Made by a program: the position numbers and the translations under genes
Shown here: in pieces, positions 1 to 13,608 of the stretch
Layout: each line of letters opens with the position of its first letter
How positions within the stretch are numbered: position 1 is the first letter of the stretch
Notes under the pieces: generated by a model
Seen by the model: only the letters and a program-made list of their open reading frames with translations
Databases searched by the model: none
Told to the model about the DNA's origin: nothing
NCBI GenBank assembly: GCA_001655205.1
Contig: LPNZ01009407.1
Location: forward strand, 1 to 63,929
Direction: 5' to 3'
DNA from: Lenisia limosa
Taxonomy: Eukaryota > Protista > Breviatea
Length of the DNA stretch: 63,929 nt

Positions 1-252
1 GTATTTTTCCAAGAAAACTACTGTACAAGTGGAAAAATCCCGACTCAAGTGTTTTCCAATCGAATTCCCCCTCGTTTTTTTACTCCCAGGAAAAAAAAAC
101 TCGAGGTTTTCTTATGGAAAATTTATGAAACAAAAAGCCCAAATCAACTATGCCTGACAACACACGAGGGTTGAGACTACCAAAACAAACAAAATATAGG
201 GCAGGAGAATAAGGTATCATAACATAGTTTAGGACACACACGTATAGCATAC

Positions 253-1262
253 CTCCCTTGTGCTTTAATACAGGTTCGCATTTCTTGGGTGGTGTTGGTG
301 GCTTCTTGGGTTCAGAAGATGATGGATGGTGCGGAGAAGATGACGATGGGGATGACGGCTCAACAGATGAGGGACCCGTCTCCGATGGTAAGGGAGATGA
401 GTCGCTGGATGATTCTAAAGGATGTCAACGTTTATTTTGCATCTGACCATAACAGCCCATGTCATCACGATTATATGATACTATATATTGAATATAAAAT
501 TCAAGATAATGCACATGAACATGAGGAACAAGGAAAGAATAGCGAAACAGGGTAGATTATGAGTCAATATCTGAGGCCCTCCGAAAAGAGATTTTTTTTT
601 TAATAGATCCTCCAGTAGATGATAGATAGATATGTACATATATATATATATATATATTATACTATATAGTATTTGATATAATATTGGAATCGAAGATACA
701 CCCTATCAATGAATTGTATATAGTTTTTAAAGAGGTAAAAAGAAGGTCAGTCTCTCAAGGGTAACCAAAAAGCAGCAGAGAACACACGAGAGCAACCCAC
801 CAAAAATAGACGAAGGAAATGAGGGGTCAGTGGAGTTGTATGGGACAGGGTTGTGATCTGTGTCCACAGTCTTCACCTAAATCTATGAAGATTGCAAAAA
901 AGATTGACAAGAGACTGATTGCTGAAAAGATTGAGATGTTCAGTTTGAAAGAGATTTTAGAGATCCCAGTTGAAGATCCCAAAAAGTTTCTAAACGATAC
1001 GTAGCGCAAACCTGTGAGAAGCTGAGGGTGACAAACCCAATGGCAATGATTAGAAGCGCCGCAATAGACAGCTTCAGAATCGGCAACTGCAGGATACCTG
1101 TTGTGTTTAAGTAATGTGGTGTGTTATATCCCATTATTTGAGTCACCTGAACCCAATTGTGATACCATTGTGATAAGATATCACTCATTACAAACCTGCG
1201 GGAACTGTGGAAGACGCAACCATCGTTCTGGCAACCTCCCAGCGAAGGGATTTGCAAAGCTG
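253..1262 (-). CDS. Partial multi-exon gene of unknown function (Ser/Pro-rich exon plus hydrophobic exon), probably continuing off the left edge
   Basis: Exon 414-253 is flanked by tttag and gtatgc and reads ESSSDSSPLPSETGPSSVEPSSPSSSSPHHPSSSEPKKPPTPPKKCEPVLKHKG. A hydrophobic candidate exon near 1095-1015 reads GILQLPILKLSIAALLIIAIGFVTLSFSQ. Exon linkage is not resolved. Confidence 0.35.
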
Positions 1263-1456
1263 TTAAGGGGCTCTATGGCTCTCCTTCCTTCCCTTAGTTT
1301 CTTTTCTTCAAATCCTATATATCCGACGGATAGGAGGCGAGAAGAAGAAGGCAAAGTGTGAGATTTAGTTTCGTACTTTCGTGATTGAGGGTACTCTTAT
1401 GTATTTTATTATTAAAAATGTACAAATAAGCTACAAATAAGTTGCTAAATCAAAGG

Positions 1457-3281
1457 ATGTCGTCTCGTGTTTTATTCCAGATCCCTTCTCCGCCGCTGTA
1501 GGGGTGGGACGCTTTATGTTAATTTTGTTCGTATGTTGTCCGATTGTCCGGTTGTCCGTATGTTCTTTATCTATTAATAATTGAAGTAAAAAAGGGGAGG
1601 AAGGAAGAAGAAAAAGACGTAGCCAACGATTTATATAAAGGTATGGCATATGTTGCATTATATGGATTATTGCCAACTCTTGAACAACCCTCATTGGTTC
1701 AGTTACAATGGACATTTTCAAGGTCATATTTGTGTTCCTTGTTGGATACCTTCTGTAAGGGGTGGATAAGTACTTTGTGTACCCTAATAGTGGACAACCC
1801 TTCTTCCTTTCATTACATGCTGGAAGAAATTACTGGTTAATGAAACATTAATTTTGTGATTGTTTTTTATATTGATTATTGCCTTATTATAGCATTATAA
1901 ATATCGGTATTGGGAGTTGATAGATATATTATTGTAATGAGCACAATAACTGACGAGTGATGCGAAGGTGCGTATATCACAGCATTGTGACAATCAAATA
2001 TTCGATTTTATTTTAGTTCATTCACAATTTCTCAGGCGGTTCAGTGATACTCTTTATCCCCAGCTTTGGTCAACTTTGCGTTAATTGCTTCAGATCAGCA
2101 AGTGGTGTAGGGTCCTTCATTTTGGAGGGTATCATTGATCTTCCCGCTGCAAACCACTTGGTTGGGAGGGACACTCTATTCTCATGTAATTGTCATTCAA
2201 TGTTTTGATTGTTAAAAGCAGTTCGTGAGTCTTTAATAAATATCATATGATTGTTCATAGAGACACTAATGAGCATCCTGAGATAAGTTTGTGAAAGTTA
2301 ACACAATTCTTTTAATACCTGTGCTCATAACAGTAAAGTGTTGTCGAAATGAGAAATAGTAAAATAAGGTTGTATCTGGCNNNNNNNNNNNNNNNNNNNN
2401 NNNNNNNNNNNNNNNNNNNNNNNTAATCCGCCTAATCATTTGCCTTAGTGTATGATATGTAAACCTCACTATGCCTTCCTAGCATATTTGTGTTTTGTGG
2501 ATTCCCAGGGTGCATTTTGCCCGCGTTATGTTATTTTACCCCTTAGTTTGAAGTATTCCTGGGTATTGGTAGCCTCGTCATTCTGATGGCCTTTGTCATG
2601 TATCTTTTGTTCTGTGTCGCTGCTGAGGTCAGGGCGTGTGGAGCAAAATCATATATTCTAATGAAGGGGCTTTTAAGTGATATCAGTTATTTTTATCAAT
2701 TAGTAATCATGAAGAGTGTATTTGGGCACATCTAAACTAATGTTATTAATGAATGTGATTTTTCATTCTCATGCTTCGAATGAAGGGGCTTGAGTGAATA
2801 ACTTCCAGTGCGTTTGTAAAAAGCAAAAAATCAACTCCTAAAAACACGATAATTCTATGTTTTGGATAATCAATCCTGATTTTCTGGTTTTGGCTTTCTG
2901 GTGGAGTCATGTGGTTGTATACATTGCATTTGATGATATGCTGGTGGTTTTAATATAATTTGCGGATGTTAGGGAGGGAACCACTCAGTAGCCTGTTTAT
3001 CAGAAAGTGTATTATCCTCAAAAATAACACTTCATGCTAAAAGGGATATTGTGGTTTTTTGTTTCTTACTTTCCTATTGTACCCCCCCCCCCCNNNNNNN
3101 NNNNNNNNNNNNNNNNNNNNNNNNNNNNNNNNNNNNNNNNNNNNNNNNNNNNNNNNNNNNNNNNNNNNNNTTTAGGAGCATGCAAGGTCCAGCAAATATC
3201 CGTATCGAACAAGTGGTGACGAGCACTTACAACGAAGAGGGAGTTTATCATGAAACAGCAACAACAAAAAACAGAAATTGA
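1457..3281 (+). CDS. Probable multi-exon membrane protein, family unknown
   Basis: Candidate exons have GT/AG borders and include hydrophobic FEVFLGIGSLVILMAFVMYLLFCVAAE (about 2548-2628). The terminal exon after the N-gap reads SMQGPANIRIEQVVTSTYNEEGVYHETATTKNRN* and ends at 3281. Start and frames of the 5' exons are ambiguous. Confidence 0.3.
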
Positions 3282-3353
3282 GTGGTCAATACTGAGAATC
3301 ACTTTTACAAGCTAAGAACTAACTTGTGGATTGATATAACCGTTGTTTTTTCT

Positions 3354-5644
3354 TCAGTCTTCAGGGAAAATGTCAACAACTTCTTCGTTCAGATATTGTA
3401 CTGATGGGTGAGCTTGTTTTGAAAGCAATTCGGGAGAACAATTGGGATAAGGATTCAGTAAGCTAAAATTTGGTCATTATTCCGGCTCCAATAAAGAATA
3501 AAATCCTTTATTACCCCCCCCCCCTTATTTTTGTATTGCTTTGGGGCAAAATCCAGAAGAAACATGAATAAGATAGTGTAGATATCATATTAAAAGTATT
3601 CACGTGCAACAGAATACAGCCCTTACCGTGGGTTTGGGTTTGGGACTGAGATTGAGTCTGTTGGGTTACCAGATTGTCGGGATTGTCTAAGTCTTCCTCA
3701 TCTCCGTGCTCAGGGTTGATCGTCCATCGCCAAAATGTGACTATATTGTCAAACACAATGGGACACGTCCCAGATCCATTAGAATCAAAAAGGACAAAGG
3801 AAATAGTTTTAAGGGAGTTAAAGAGGAACTGTTGGTCCAATTTTCTCTTAACCCACTCACTTTTCTCATTAGAGATGAGTCGTACTTCCGCAATTAATTT
3901 ACCAAGTCCATCTATTTTCACTATAGTGTGTTAGTTTAGGAACCACAGAAAAGAAGGAAATGAAAGGACCATCCAAGATACGGTCACAAGCCCCCACGCC
4001 CAACTAACATGAAACATGGGTAGATTTGATCATACACCTGATGAGCGGTGCAATATTCTCAAATCGGTACCTAATGAAATAAAAATTAAAAATTTGATAG
4101 TAATAAAACTTGCGGAATTGGATGAATTAGCCGAAAAAACGTCAATTTAGAAATAAGTAGTCAATAGAAATGCAATTTCAGTAAGACAAAACTATAAGTT
4201 GCATCATCAGAAAACCAACTCTATTGAACCGCATTTGGGACAGTCAAAGTGCGAAAAGAAAGGAAGCTTGCCAGGAAGTTCAAACTAAAACAGTAAAAAC
4301 TATATCATTTCCAGCCTTCTCGAATATCAATCATAGGAAGCTCTCTCCACCCCTAACCATTCTTTCGCCAAGATCGCCCTCCACTACAAAAACAATCCGT
4401 GGGTCTGACTCGTGCTCAACTGGAGTATACACCTGAATCTTCAGCGACGGTCCAAAGCTCTCCAGCTCTTTTAGTTGATAGTGCAGAATGTGCGGCTGAA
4501 TTGTAAGCTGCATATACTTATCGAAAAAAAGTATTAGGAGCAAAATGGGGAAATTTTTGGATATCATATCTAAATGTGTGTGGGAGTTTTATTATGAATA
4601 TGAGTAATTATTTTCCTCCGTCAAGTTCCATGGGGTTGGAATATCGTTTATTGGCCAGAAAGAAACGTGTTGAAATCAAGTTATATCTTATAATATTAGA
4701 GATTTTCATCAGCCAACTTAAAATTCTCGAGAGGAAAAAAAAAGTCTGCATACCATGTCACAGATTGCTTTGAAAAAGAGCCCATCCGCACTGAACTCGA
4801 CAGGGTATTCTTCCACAATATACATAAAGGTGCACTCGGCCAACACGCCGTCGTTATTCAATCTGCTTCATAAGTGCTGGGAGGATACCATTTAAACAAC
4901 ACATTAACACCAACCAAGTGATTTAAAGCAACATAAAAATAAGGTAGGTACCAGTTTTCCAGCCTACAATAAGAACATTTGCTGTTCAGCGTCAGCAATT
5001 GCCAAAGTCACTCCAAATTCTGCTTCTCTGAAACGTATCAAGATCAAAACCAACTTTTTTCAAAGACCTTTTGGCTTTCATCTCAGAATCAAACTTAATG
5101 GATTCATATTCCAATCCGTAGTATAATAATTCAGTTAAGACAGTTGAACCTCAACGGATTGGAAGTTCACCCCCCCCCCCCCNNNNNNNNNNNNNNNNNN
5201 NNNNNNNNNNNNNNNNNNNNNNNNNNNNNNNNNNNNNNNNNNATAATGAAGGATATCTAAAGAATAAATCATCTTCTTTTATCAATAACCAAATATTTCA
5301 TCCCTCTGACATGAACAGATTCTCCATTCTCCTCTGCCAGGTCAAATTGCTCAAAGCTCTTGTCTGTCAGAAATAGACTTCCTGAAAAATTTCATAAAAG
5401 AAAAGTACAAGAGCCGCGCGACACCAGACAAAATATCATTTACATACCTGAGAAAGAGTTACATTCTTGTACAATGATCTTGATTCCACTTTTTGAAACG
5501 TTGAATAGTGCATTCTCAAAAGTAAAAAATGATGTGTCTTACGATTTGTAGTCCACGTTTATGGATAAGACCTTGAATTTGTGTGGTGAAATGCTTTCCA
5601 TCATTGATGGTTGCTTTGAAGGTCAGTCCTTCTTCCATCACCAT
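3354..5644 (-). CDS. RAD1: RAD1 checkpoint clamp subunit (9-1-1 complex, PCNA fold)
   Basis: Spliced exons read MVMEEGLTFKATINDGKHFTTQIQGLI..; NALFNVSKSGIKIIVQECNSFSGSLFLTDKSFEQF; LNNDGVLAECTFMYIVEEYPVEF; PHILHYQLKELESFGPSLKIQ; FELPGKLPFFSHFDCP; YRFENIAPLIRCMIKSTHVSLKIDGLGKL. These follow the order of human Rad1 blocks recalled from memory (TKNGIKVTVE, LEEGGVVTVC, LREAFSELD, DYPKDSDLMEAFHC, YKISLL..KVSIRTD..G.L). Confidence 0.72.
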
Positions 5645-6174
5645 TGCTGGCTGTTTGTGAAGAAGATGGGAACGCGAATGAAAAGATGTGAGAACGTGGT
5701 TTCCGTTTTTGGGTGTTTTACCTGTGATGTGCTATATAAATAACTATTTTAAATCATATAATATAGAGGAAGAAATTCAAGAGGGAGGAAACGCGCTGGA
5801 AACAGGCAAAACAGGCCCACATTAAAGGAGCCGTTTAGTAATATTAACCGACTCATTACTTGTTTATGGCCCTCCCCCGAACCACCCCCCACAGCCATCG
5901 GCTTATTATCAGAACAAAATAAGCTCTTACATCATTATACATACACAGAGAAGAGAAGAAGCTGGTTTGCCATGATCTTGGGAAATCCAAAAGCTGTATT
6001 GTTGGTAAACTTGGTAATCCAATGTTTGGTGATGCCAACAAACCCATTTGCATTCAGCCGCTTTTGGTTTCCTTTCTATTTAAGAATGGCTTCCATTATG
6101 CCGTCCATTAACCGCTTTAATTTTCATTGGTATCTTCCGTCTTCTCTTTGCGCCAGTTTCCACCAGCCTTTATC

Positions 6175-9100
6175 ATGTCATCATCTGCACCAAACAAGGT
6201 AGGTTCTGATTATATTTCCTTGAGCTTTGATCCAATTTGGATGCCATCTCCCTGCGATGTTCTAATTGTAATCAGGGTGACAATGATGCAGGATTTCAGC
6301 CAGCCATCAAGGATGAGCCATACTCTCCACCGCCAAGTGATACAAAACCATTTAAGGTTGGCGGGCATTTTGGGGAATACAATCGGAGGTGGTGAGTGTA
6401 TGCAGTCTTCTGTTTGGTGTCAGCTCTGAAATATTTCAGCCACTTCTCGTCACACGACTGCTTGTTGCCTCGCCCTGCTTGGTCATCATCCTGGTTGTCA
6501 TGATTCTTGCGGGACTCTTCTATGGAGGCTTTGTCGCTCATGAGTTCCAAATGGTTTCATTGGGGTAGGCGTATGTTTCTTAGTTGATAACTTGTCATGC
6601 TGAACTTGATTAACATTAATAATGCGTTTTTTTTTTTTTTAATATGTTTTCAACTTCTCTGACCAGTAGTAATTTCTACGCTCGTGACAAGACTGAAGGC
6701 CAAAACTGGGACGCCCTAACTGAGGCAGCTTTTACCGGCTTTGGCACCGAATACGCCGATTTCTCTCAGGTGGGTGCTTTGAGATTTGAGATGAAGCAAA
6801 TCCTTTAATCAAGAAATAATAATATTCCTCTCCCCAATGATGCTTTGATTATCTATGACCTGTCTATGACTTCCTATTTCAAGAAAGGATGATGATTTTC
6901 TTTCACCATTTAGGCTGCTGAGGGTTTTGTGACCCTCTTCATCCACCGCGAAGACGAGAATCTTCTCACACCACGTTACCTCTGCGCCTTCAAGGAGTTT
7001 GAGTACATGTTCGAGACTTACGATTCCGAAACCACAACAAAGTAGGCAGGTGTGGTTTTCTTTAAGTGTGTTGTATAGGCATAAGTACCGCGTTATTTGC
7101 TTAAACACTCTTGTATTAATACAATAACTCGCTTCAGATATACCCCTAAGAAGAAGCTCACCCCTTCTGGAGAATTGTACAGAGAGGGTGACGTTGAATA
7201 TGAACTTGATGGAAAGGTGGGTATCTGCATTTTCCCTGATCTTTGGTATTGTGTTTGCCCTTGCGATACAACATCTCATACCCCCAGTTTACAACATGGT
7301 GCCTTCGTGAAGATGATGGCAGTTGTGAGGCTCCCTTATCTACTGGACCCCTCTTTGAGAAGTATTTTGTGATGGATACCACTGTCTCTCCCGCTGCATG
7401 CTCTATGATGGACCAAAATGGTGGGTTATCTTGCTGTTGAATATCTCTTTAAACACCTTTTATTAAGTGACTATTCAGGAGACCCTGCCACTCAGTTGTT
7501 TGTTGACTCTATTCTCAAAGATCACGCTTTCAACTCTTCGGTTTACCCCTTTCCCTCTGAATTCACCAAGGAAAGCCTTTCAGGTGAGCCAAAAGTTGTG
7601 GTGAATATTTATCAAGGGTTTTATAGTATGACTATAAATGATCAAACATCAAAATACGTGTGATAGTTTTACTAAATCTTCAGCTTCTGCCACTCGAAAC
7701 TATATCACAATTGGAGGACCTCTTCCAGGTTATCGCAACATCATGGATGACAATGAAGGTTGGTGAATCCTTTTCAAGGACTTTCGCTTTTTCATTGTTG
7801 TGATAATTCACATTTTTTTACTTGTTGGCATTTTGCTCTTTAATTGGATTAGATCAAGCTGCGATTTACAGTGGGTATCTCAAAGACTATGTCAATCCGT
7901 ATGATGACTGGAATGATAAATGGGGTGATGAAATTGAAAGCATTCTCCTTGGCGGAGGTGTATCTGATGCTATCATTGATCGAGTAAGCCGTCCCCCCTG
8001 CTTTTCTCATATTACCAGGTTGTGATGAACGATATAGTTGTTGCATTTGGTGGAGCTATCGCAACCGTCTTTATTATTCTTTCTTGGCAAACCAAGGTAG
8101 GACATTGTTACCCCCTTCACTATGACTTACCTTTTAGTCCTTCTTCTTGAGTACCGTTGGCATTACGCATATCCTTCTCTCTTTCCCCTCTGCCTGGTTC
8201 TTCTACCGCGTCGGATTTGGCATCGAAAATATGACGATTTTCAACGCTCTTGTAAGTTATCACGTACCATTCATTCACATCTGACAAATTAGGCCCTTTT
8301 CATATGCCTTGCTATTGGCGCTGACGACGTTCTTGTCTTTACGGATGCTTGGAAGCAAGGGCCTGTCTCAGATGGTAGGGAGATTCAATCACGATTTTAG
8401 TTGTCAATATTGCGTGGAAGACTTTGGCGAGAAGCATTGATTTGTCCTTTCTCGTGTATCTAGTTTCTTACCTTATTGCCTCTACCATTGTGTTTTCTGA
8501 CCGAACAGGTAAAGAAGGACTTCTCCGTCGTATGGACTATGCCTTCCGCAGAGCTAGTACGGCCATGCTCATCACGTCATTTACAACTGCCTTTGCCTTC
8601 TTTGGTAGGGGTCTTATCCAATGTAATCTCATCTATTTCGAAACACTGCTTTAATACCACGCTCAACATATCACCATCATCTTACCACCACGACGTCATA
8701 ACCATGTTCACTTCTCAGCTACCGCCATTTCCGAGATTCCCTCTATCCGAGTACTTGGAATCTTCTCTGCCCTCTGCGTTATCATGAACTACCTCCTTGT
8801 TATCACGTGGTACCCTGCGTGGATCCTCCTCTGGCACAAATGGTTTGCGTTTGTTCGACTTTTTGCTTCTCATTTTGAGTTTTCGAATTTTGTGGTGATA
8901 GCTAATATCACAAATGGAATAGTTAAATTAACTCTACAGGAGGTGCTCAGTCCGATGCTGTTGCTGCATGTCATACGCTGGAGACAGGGCCGTTTATGAG
9001 TACAATCAAGCTAAATCCCTTCAACTTCAGACCAATGAAAATCAGGAGTATGAATTGGAACAGAAGTATGGAGGGTTGTCTTCTGTATCTCAGTATCCCA

Positions 9101-11923
9101 AATGTATTTTGTGGGAGGCGTGTTTTTCAAATGTTTTCATTCATCATTTATTGTTTAGACAAGATGTCGAAAGTGGCCAGCCGAGCCTCACTCCCCCAGG
9201 TACGCCTTGTATGCTTTGGGTTTTTTACCTGTTATTTGGAGTGATGAGAGGTTGACCAGCTATTTTATTTTAAAATTTTATTACCCTTTCGGTCGTCACC
9301 TTTTAGGGACAGCAGACCCTGTTGAGCGGGATGCACTGGAAGAAGCTGCACCACCCCTGAGAGTATGTCCAAGATTTTACTATGTATTTTCATTTTCTTA
9401 GGAGCCGGTCCGTTTTTTCGAGAAGTTCTACTTCCACATCTACACTCCTTTCATTAACAAGGTTTGATATAACCAAAGGGCCAGTGAATTATGATTTTTC
9501 TTACTCCTTTAGCATGGTTTGAAGCTGATAATTACCATGGTGTGTGTGACCATTTGTTTCGCTTATTTCGCCATACAATTACAAGCTATGCAAGAGTTTC
9601 CTACTTTCTTCCCCAAAGGTACGAACACAAATTGAGTTTTGCACGTAAAAATCACCCCCTCCTTACACCCAAGCCCACGATTTCTTCTGTTATATTATAG
9701 ATTTCTATATGGAGCGCCTTGAGAACTACGTTGCCACGGAGTTTCCTGTTACGGATGAAGACCCTATTGGCGTTGGTGGACAGAATTGTCACTTGAATTT
9801 GTTTTGATGGAAGGCTAATCTGATCCTTTAGATCAAGTTCTACCACGCCTTTGGAATTGAGGGAATCGACCGCTCTGGCATTGACCAAACAGATGAGCTC
9901 AGAAAGGGAGAAACAGGTTCGTTTTCTGGCTTTAATTTTCATCAGATATAATTGTATTCTCTCTTAACTTTTCCAGTCTTCTTTGACAACTTCGATGTTA
10001 CATCAGAAGAAGCACAGCAGTTCATTTTTGACACCTGTCTCCTTGCAAGAGACATTGAAGTATCAAGTGGTAAAAAGGTGTGATTTTTGAGGAATACCAA
10101 TACAAATTTTAGTTCCCAGATCTTTGTCTCATTATTTAGGCCGTGTTAAACGAAGGTGTTGCCTGCATAATGGATGTTCTTCGTTGCCATGCTTTGAATG
10201 ACACAACAATCGGCACGTTCCCTATTCCTCAAAACAAAGTGAGTGTTGCTATTTCCTCAACTAGATGTCTAACATTTTCAGTTTAACGACAAGTTATTTG
10301 AAGTTCTCAAATCTGACACTCCTATCACCTGTCCTGGTTCTTTGGGATTCCCTATGCGCGGCTCTTTCTTCAAAGAAATGGCACCTGTTTGAGGGATGTA
10401 ATATATTCTTCTCCATATTATTACTAAGTTTCTGATAACTACTGAATGAAGTTATGGGGATACTCATCAAAATGTTTGTTTTCCTTTTCCTTCGTCAGTA
10501 TTGTTGTTGCTTTACCTTTTAGCTCGAAAAGTTGGATGATGGATCATATTCCCTCAAGTACACTTTCCTGACGTACAACAGCACAATGTCAAGCAAACCA
10601 AAGTAAGATGAAAAGGCGTGATTTACAATGTCACTTGTGTTTGCGTTATGGTTTAATTGTACAGTTTTGATGAAATGGTCGCTCACACTGAACTATGGGC
10701 TGATTTCGCCTCAGGTCAAGATGAAAAGGCACCCAAATCTCTGAAAGTATGATTTCACCATTTTGTGTGTTATCAATGCCATACGAATATCTTTGATCGC
10801 ACAGAATGGCTTTGTATCTTCAGTCCCCCATTGGGTTGTTGAAGTTTCGAACATTCTTGTCAGCGGCGCCTTGATTGGAGTAGTCTCATCCCTCATCCTG
10901 GCATCTGTCATTATCCTAATAGCTACGAAGGTATGAAAACGTTTTAAGATTGTTTGAGCTCATTTTATGCCAAATCGTCATTGCGTCCTTCATTCATACT
11001 TTAGAATGTCATTTTGACGAGTCTTGCCATTGTCTCAATTGTTCAAGTGAGTTCAGAGCTTTGAGATGACCTGACATCATAATCCTGATTCTAGTGTAAC
11101 CTATTTAGGTGGTGATTGTTGTCATCGGAATCATTATTCTTTTTGGCTGGGATCTAGGCATCAGCGAAAGTGTTTCTATCACAGTTGTAAGCTGGATAAT
11201 TTTAATATTGCTGCTTTAGCAAACTCTTTGATATTTTGCTTCTTTTGTAATTATAAACGCAAGTAACTTATTGCCTCAGCTTGTTGGACTTGCGATCGAT
11301 GCCATTATGCATTTCTGCGTTTCATTCCACGAGTCTGAGCAACCAACAAGGTTCCTCAAAACGAAGCAAGCCACGACAGAACTGGGAGTTTCAGGTATGT
11401 ACAGTTTCATTTTGAGATGGAATAAGGGGTTGTTTTCCTACGATGGTCAAGTGTATCCATCTTGTATTTTACCAAAACTGCACTTCTCACAGCATAATAA
11501 GTATAGTAAAAGGAGAATATTGGGTGAATTTTATCTGCTCATTTTAGCTCAAGTCTGCCTTTCCCCTCGGATTTACCAAATCAGTTGTTGGAGGCGCCAT
11601 CACAACCCTTGCATCCTCGTTATTCCTTTGGCCTGCAACACTATTGGCGGTCAAGATCTTCGGAATGATTCTCTTCTTCATTATCCTAACCGCATTCGTC
11701 TATTCACATTGTGGGTCTGGTCTGGGGTATTGACTAAGGCATGACTATGAATATTCCATCTTGATAAGGATTCTTTTGTTGTTAATATAGAGTAATTATC
11801 AGCTGCTAACAAGTTATAAGAATTATCTTTAACCCTGCTGCAGGCATGTTCCTCCCGCTTTTGGTACTTGTCGGGCCTGAGGGCACTTCTGGAGATATCC
11901 GTTTCTTCTTCAAAAAGAAGTGA
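6175..11923 (+). CDS. DISP: Dispatched-family RND/sterol-sensing-domain transporter
   Basis: SSD motifs AIGADDVLVFTDAWKQ (8311), RRMDYAFRRASTAMLITSFTTAFAF and LGIFSALCVIMNYLLVITWYPAW. Disp-type luminal segment FFDNFDVTSEEAQQFIFDTC. TM10 VGLAIDAIMHF, then GGAITTLASSLFLW, and C-terminus FLPLLVLVGPEGTSGDIRFFFKKK*. Many introns. Confidence 0.88.
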
Positions 11924-12382
11924 TCTTCTTTTTGTTCATTTGTTATTCATATCATCTTGTTTTAGCTATGGTCGGTTTTGAACTGTTTTGCTCGTTTTAA
12001 GTACTTGTGTTATATTATTCTCAGTTTATTGTATTTTGGGTGTTTTGAAGTTATTGAGATGTAATTTCGTTTTGAAAATGAGTGTATTTTCATGAGTTCG
12101 TTATACGCCTGTATCTAGCAACTCTTTGGCAGCTCTTATTAAACTCTTATCACATGATATCAACATTAGTGTTACTAGTGCAGCATTTTAACATTCTATT
12201 ATATTTATTATTTTCATCCATCATTTTCCAGCTCAACTCGAAAGACTTTGGTCGAATGACCCCCCACTAAATATTTCTATTGGTTTTAGAAACTGTTGTG
12301 CCAGCTGGTATGTTCCTATTGTTCTCAAGCTGGCTAGGAAGTTATCAATTTTATTAATCTATTCTTATAGTAAAGAGGGACA

Positions 12383-13509
12383 ATGGTTTGGAAGTATAGA
12401 AAGGAGCACTTACCCTCAGCGGAGCGGCTGATTGACGCAGGTGTTGCTAAAATAGATTTTATTATACGCAGTTCAATTGAAAAGAAAGGAACTGCAGTGC
12501 TTGGCCTGGTATGCAAACCTCGGACTGTTCCCTAAATTGCGTATTGCTCTTCTATCCTACCTCTCCCCTTATATATTTCTACATTTTGAGTTTAAATTTA
12601 TATCGATTATATTTAACTCAATTCCACTCCTGAAACATCTTTTCACAGACAACAGAGTGGAGGATCAACCCCTGGCCCAGTTTATCAAAAACTGGCAACT
12701 CATGACCTTCCTTGGGATAAGGTCCATATTTTTTTGATTGACGATCGAATTGTTGAAGACACCCACAAGGACTCTAACCAGAGATTGTGCAAAGACACCA
12801 TTCTCTCTGCTGCTATTCCAAAAGATAATGGTGTGTTGATTTCTCTTGTTATGTCCAAGAGTCAGACTATGAACTGATAATTTAGTTGTTTTCCCTGACA
12901 CGAACTTGCCGGTTGAAAAGTGCGTGAACAAATACAACGAAGATATTAAGACCCTAATAGAAAAGCATGGCCCTTGTGACCTTGCTGTTCTTGGACTGGG
13001 TAAGGGGAAGCTTTCATCGAATACCTGTTGGTTTCTGATGAATGATGCTCTCTTCCTTGGTTCCAGTAATTTTTCTAGGGGAAGATGGTCACCTTGCTTC
13101 TCTCTTCCCTCCTGTTATTGATTCCGGCTTTTCAAGTGCAAAGGTCTGCATATCACTCCATGTAGTTTCAATATCAAAAATCCCAAAGAAAGAAACTGAC
13201 TGGAATACTCATTATTTTCAGTATGCTGTCCACACAACCACCGAGAGATTTGCCATCTTTGACCGTATTACAGTAACAATGCCCGTTATTGAGCAGTCAA
13301 AAAACAAGGTACCTCCATGAAGTGCCTTTAATTGCCAAGATTTTCTTCCTGAAGGGAGAGAACAAGCAGCCCGTGTGGAAGGAAATGGAGGAGGCGGAAA
13401 TGAACCCGAAAAGGTAAGAACCTTTTGAGTCCAATTCAAATTTCAACTTAGATGGCCAGCCCACTGCCTGCTTCGCCACGAATCAACTCTTGCCATGTTC
13501 ACGCCCTAA
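12383..13509 (+). CDS. PGLS: 6-phosphogluconolactonase
   Basis: Exons read GTAVLGL; DERIVEDTHKDSNQRLCKD; DLAVLGLG|EDGHLASLFP; DRITVTMPVIEQSK; GENKQPVWKEM..WPAH. These match 6PGL motifs (DER, GxGxDGHxASLFP, RITxT). Confidence 0.9.
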
Positions 13510-13608
13510 GGTTGATGGTGGTACACTGTATTCAAAAGGACATTTCACGATACAATCTTCAACATCCACGCCTATCTTAACGTTATTCTGGGGCCACGGG
13601 TCATTTGT

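Noticed and set aside
1690-2170. Minus-strand frames that look open apart from in-frame TGA (HCN*TNEGC, YTTC*SEA..YH*TA*), suggesting Sec or UGA=Trp
   Set aside because: They are antisense to a likely plus-strand gene. Conserved Trp residues elsewhere use TGG, and TGA serves as a normal stop in RAD1, DISP, TENT4 and Myb, so there is no evidence of code reassignment.
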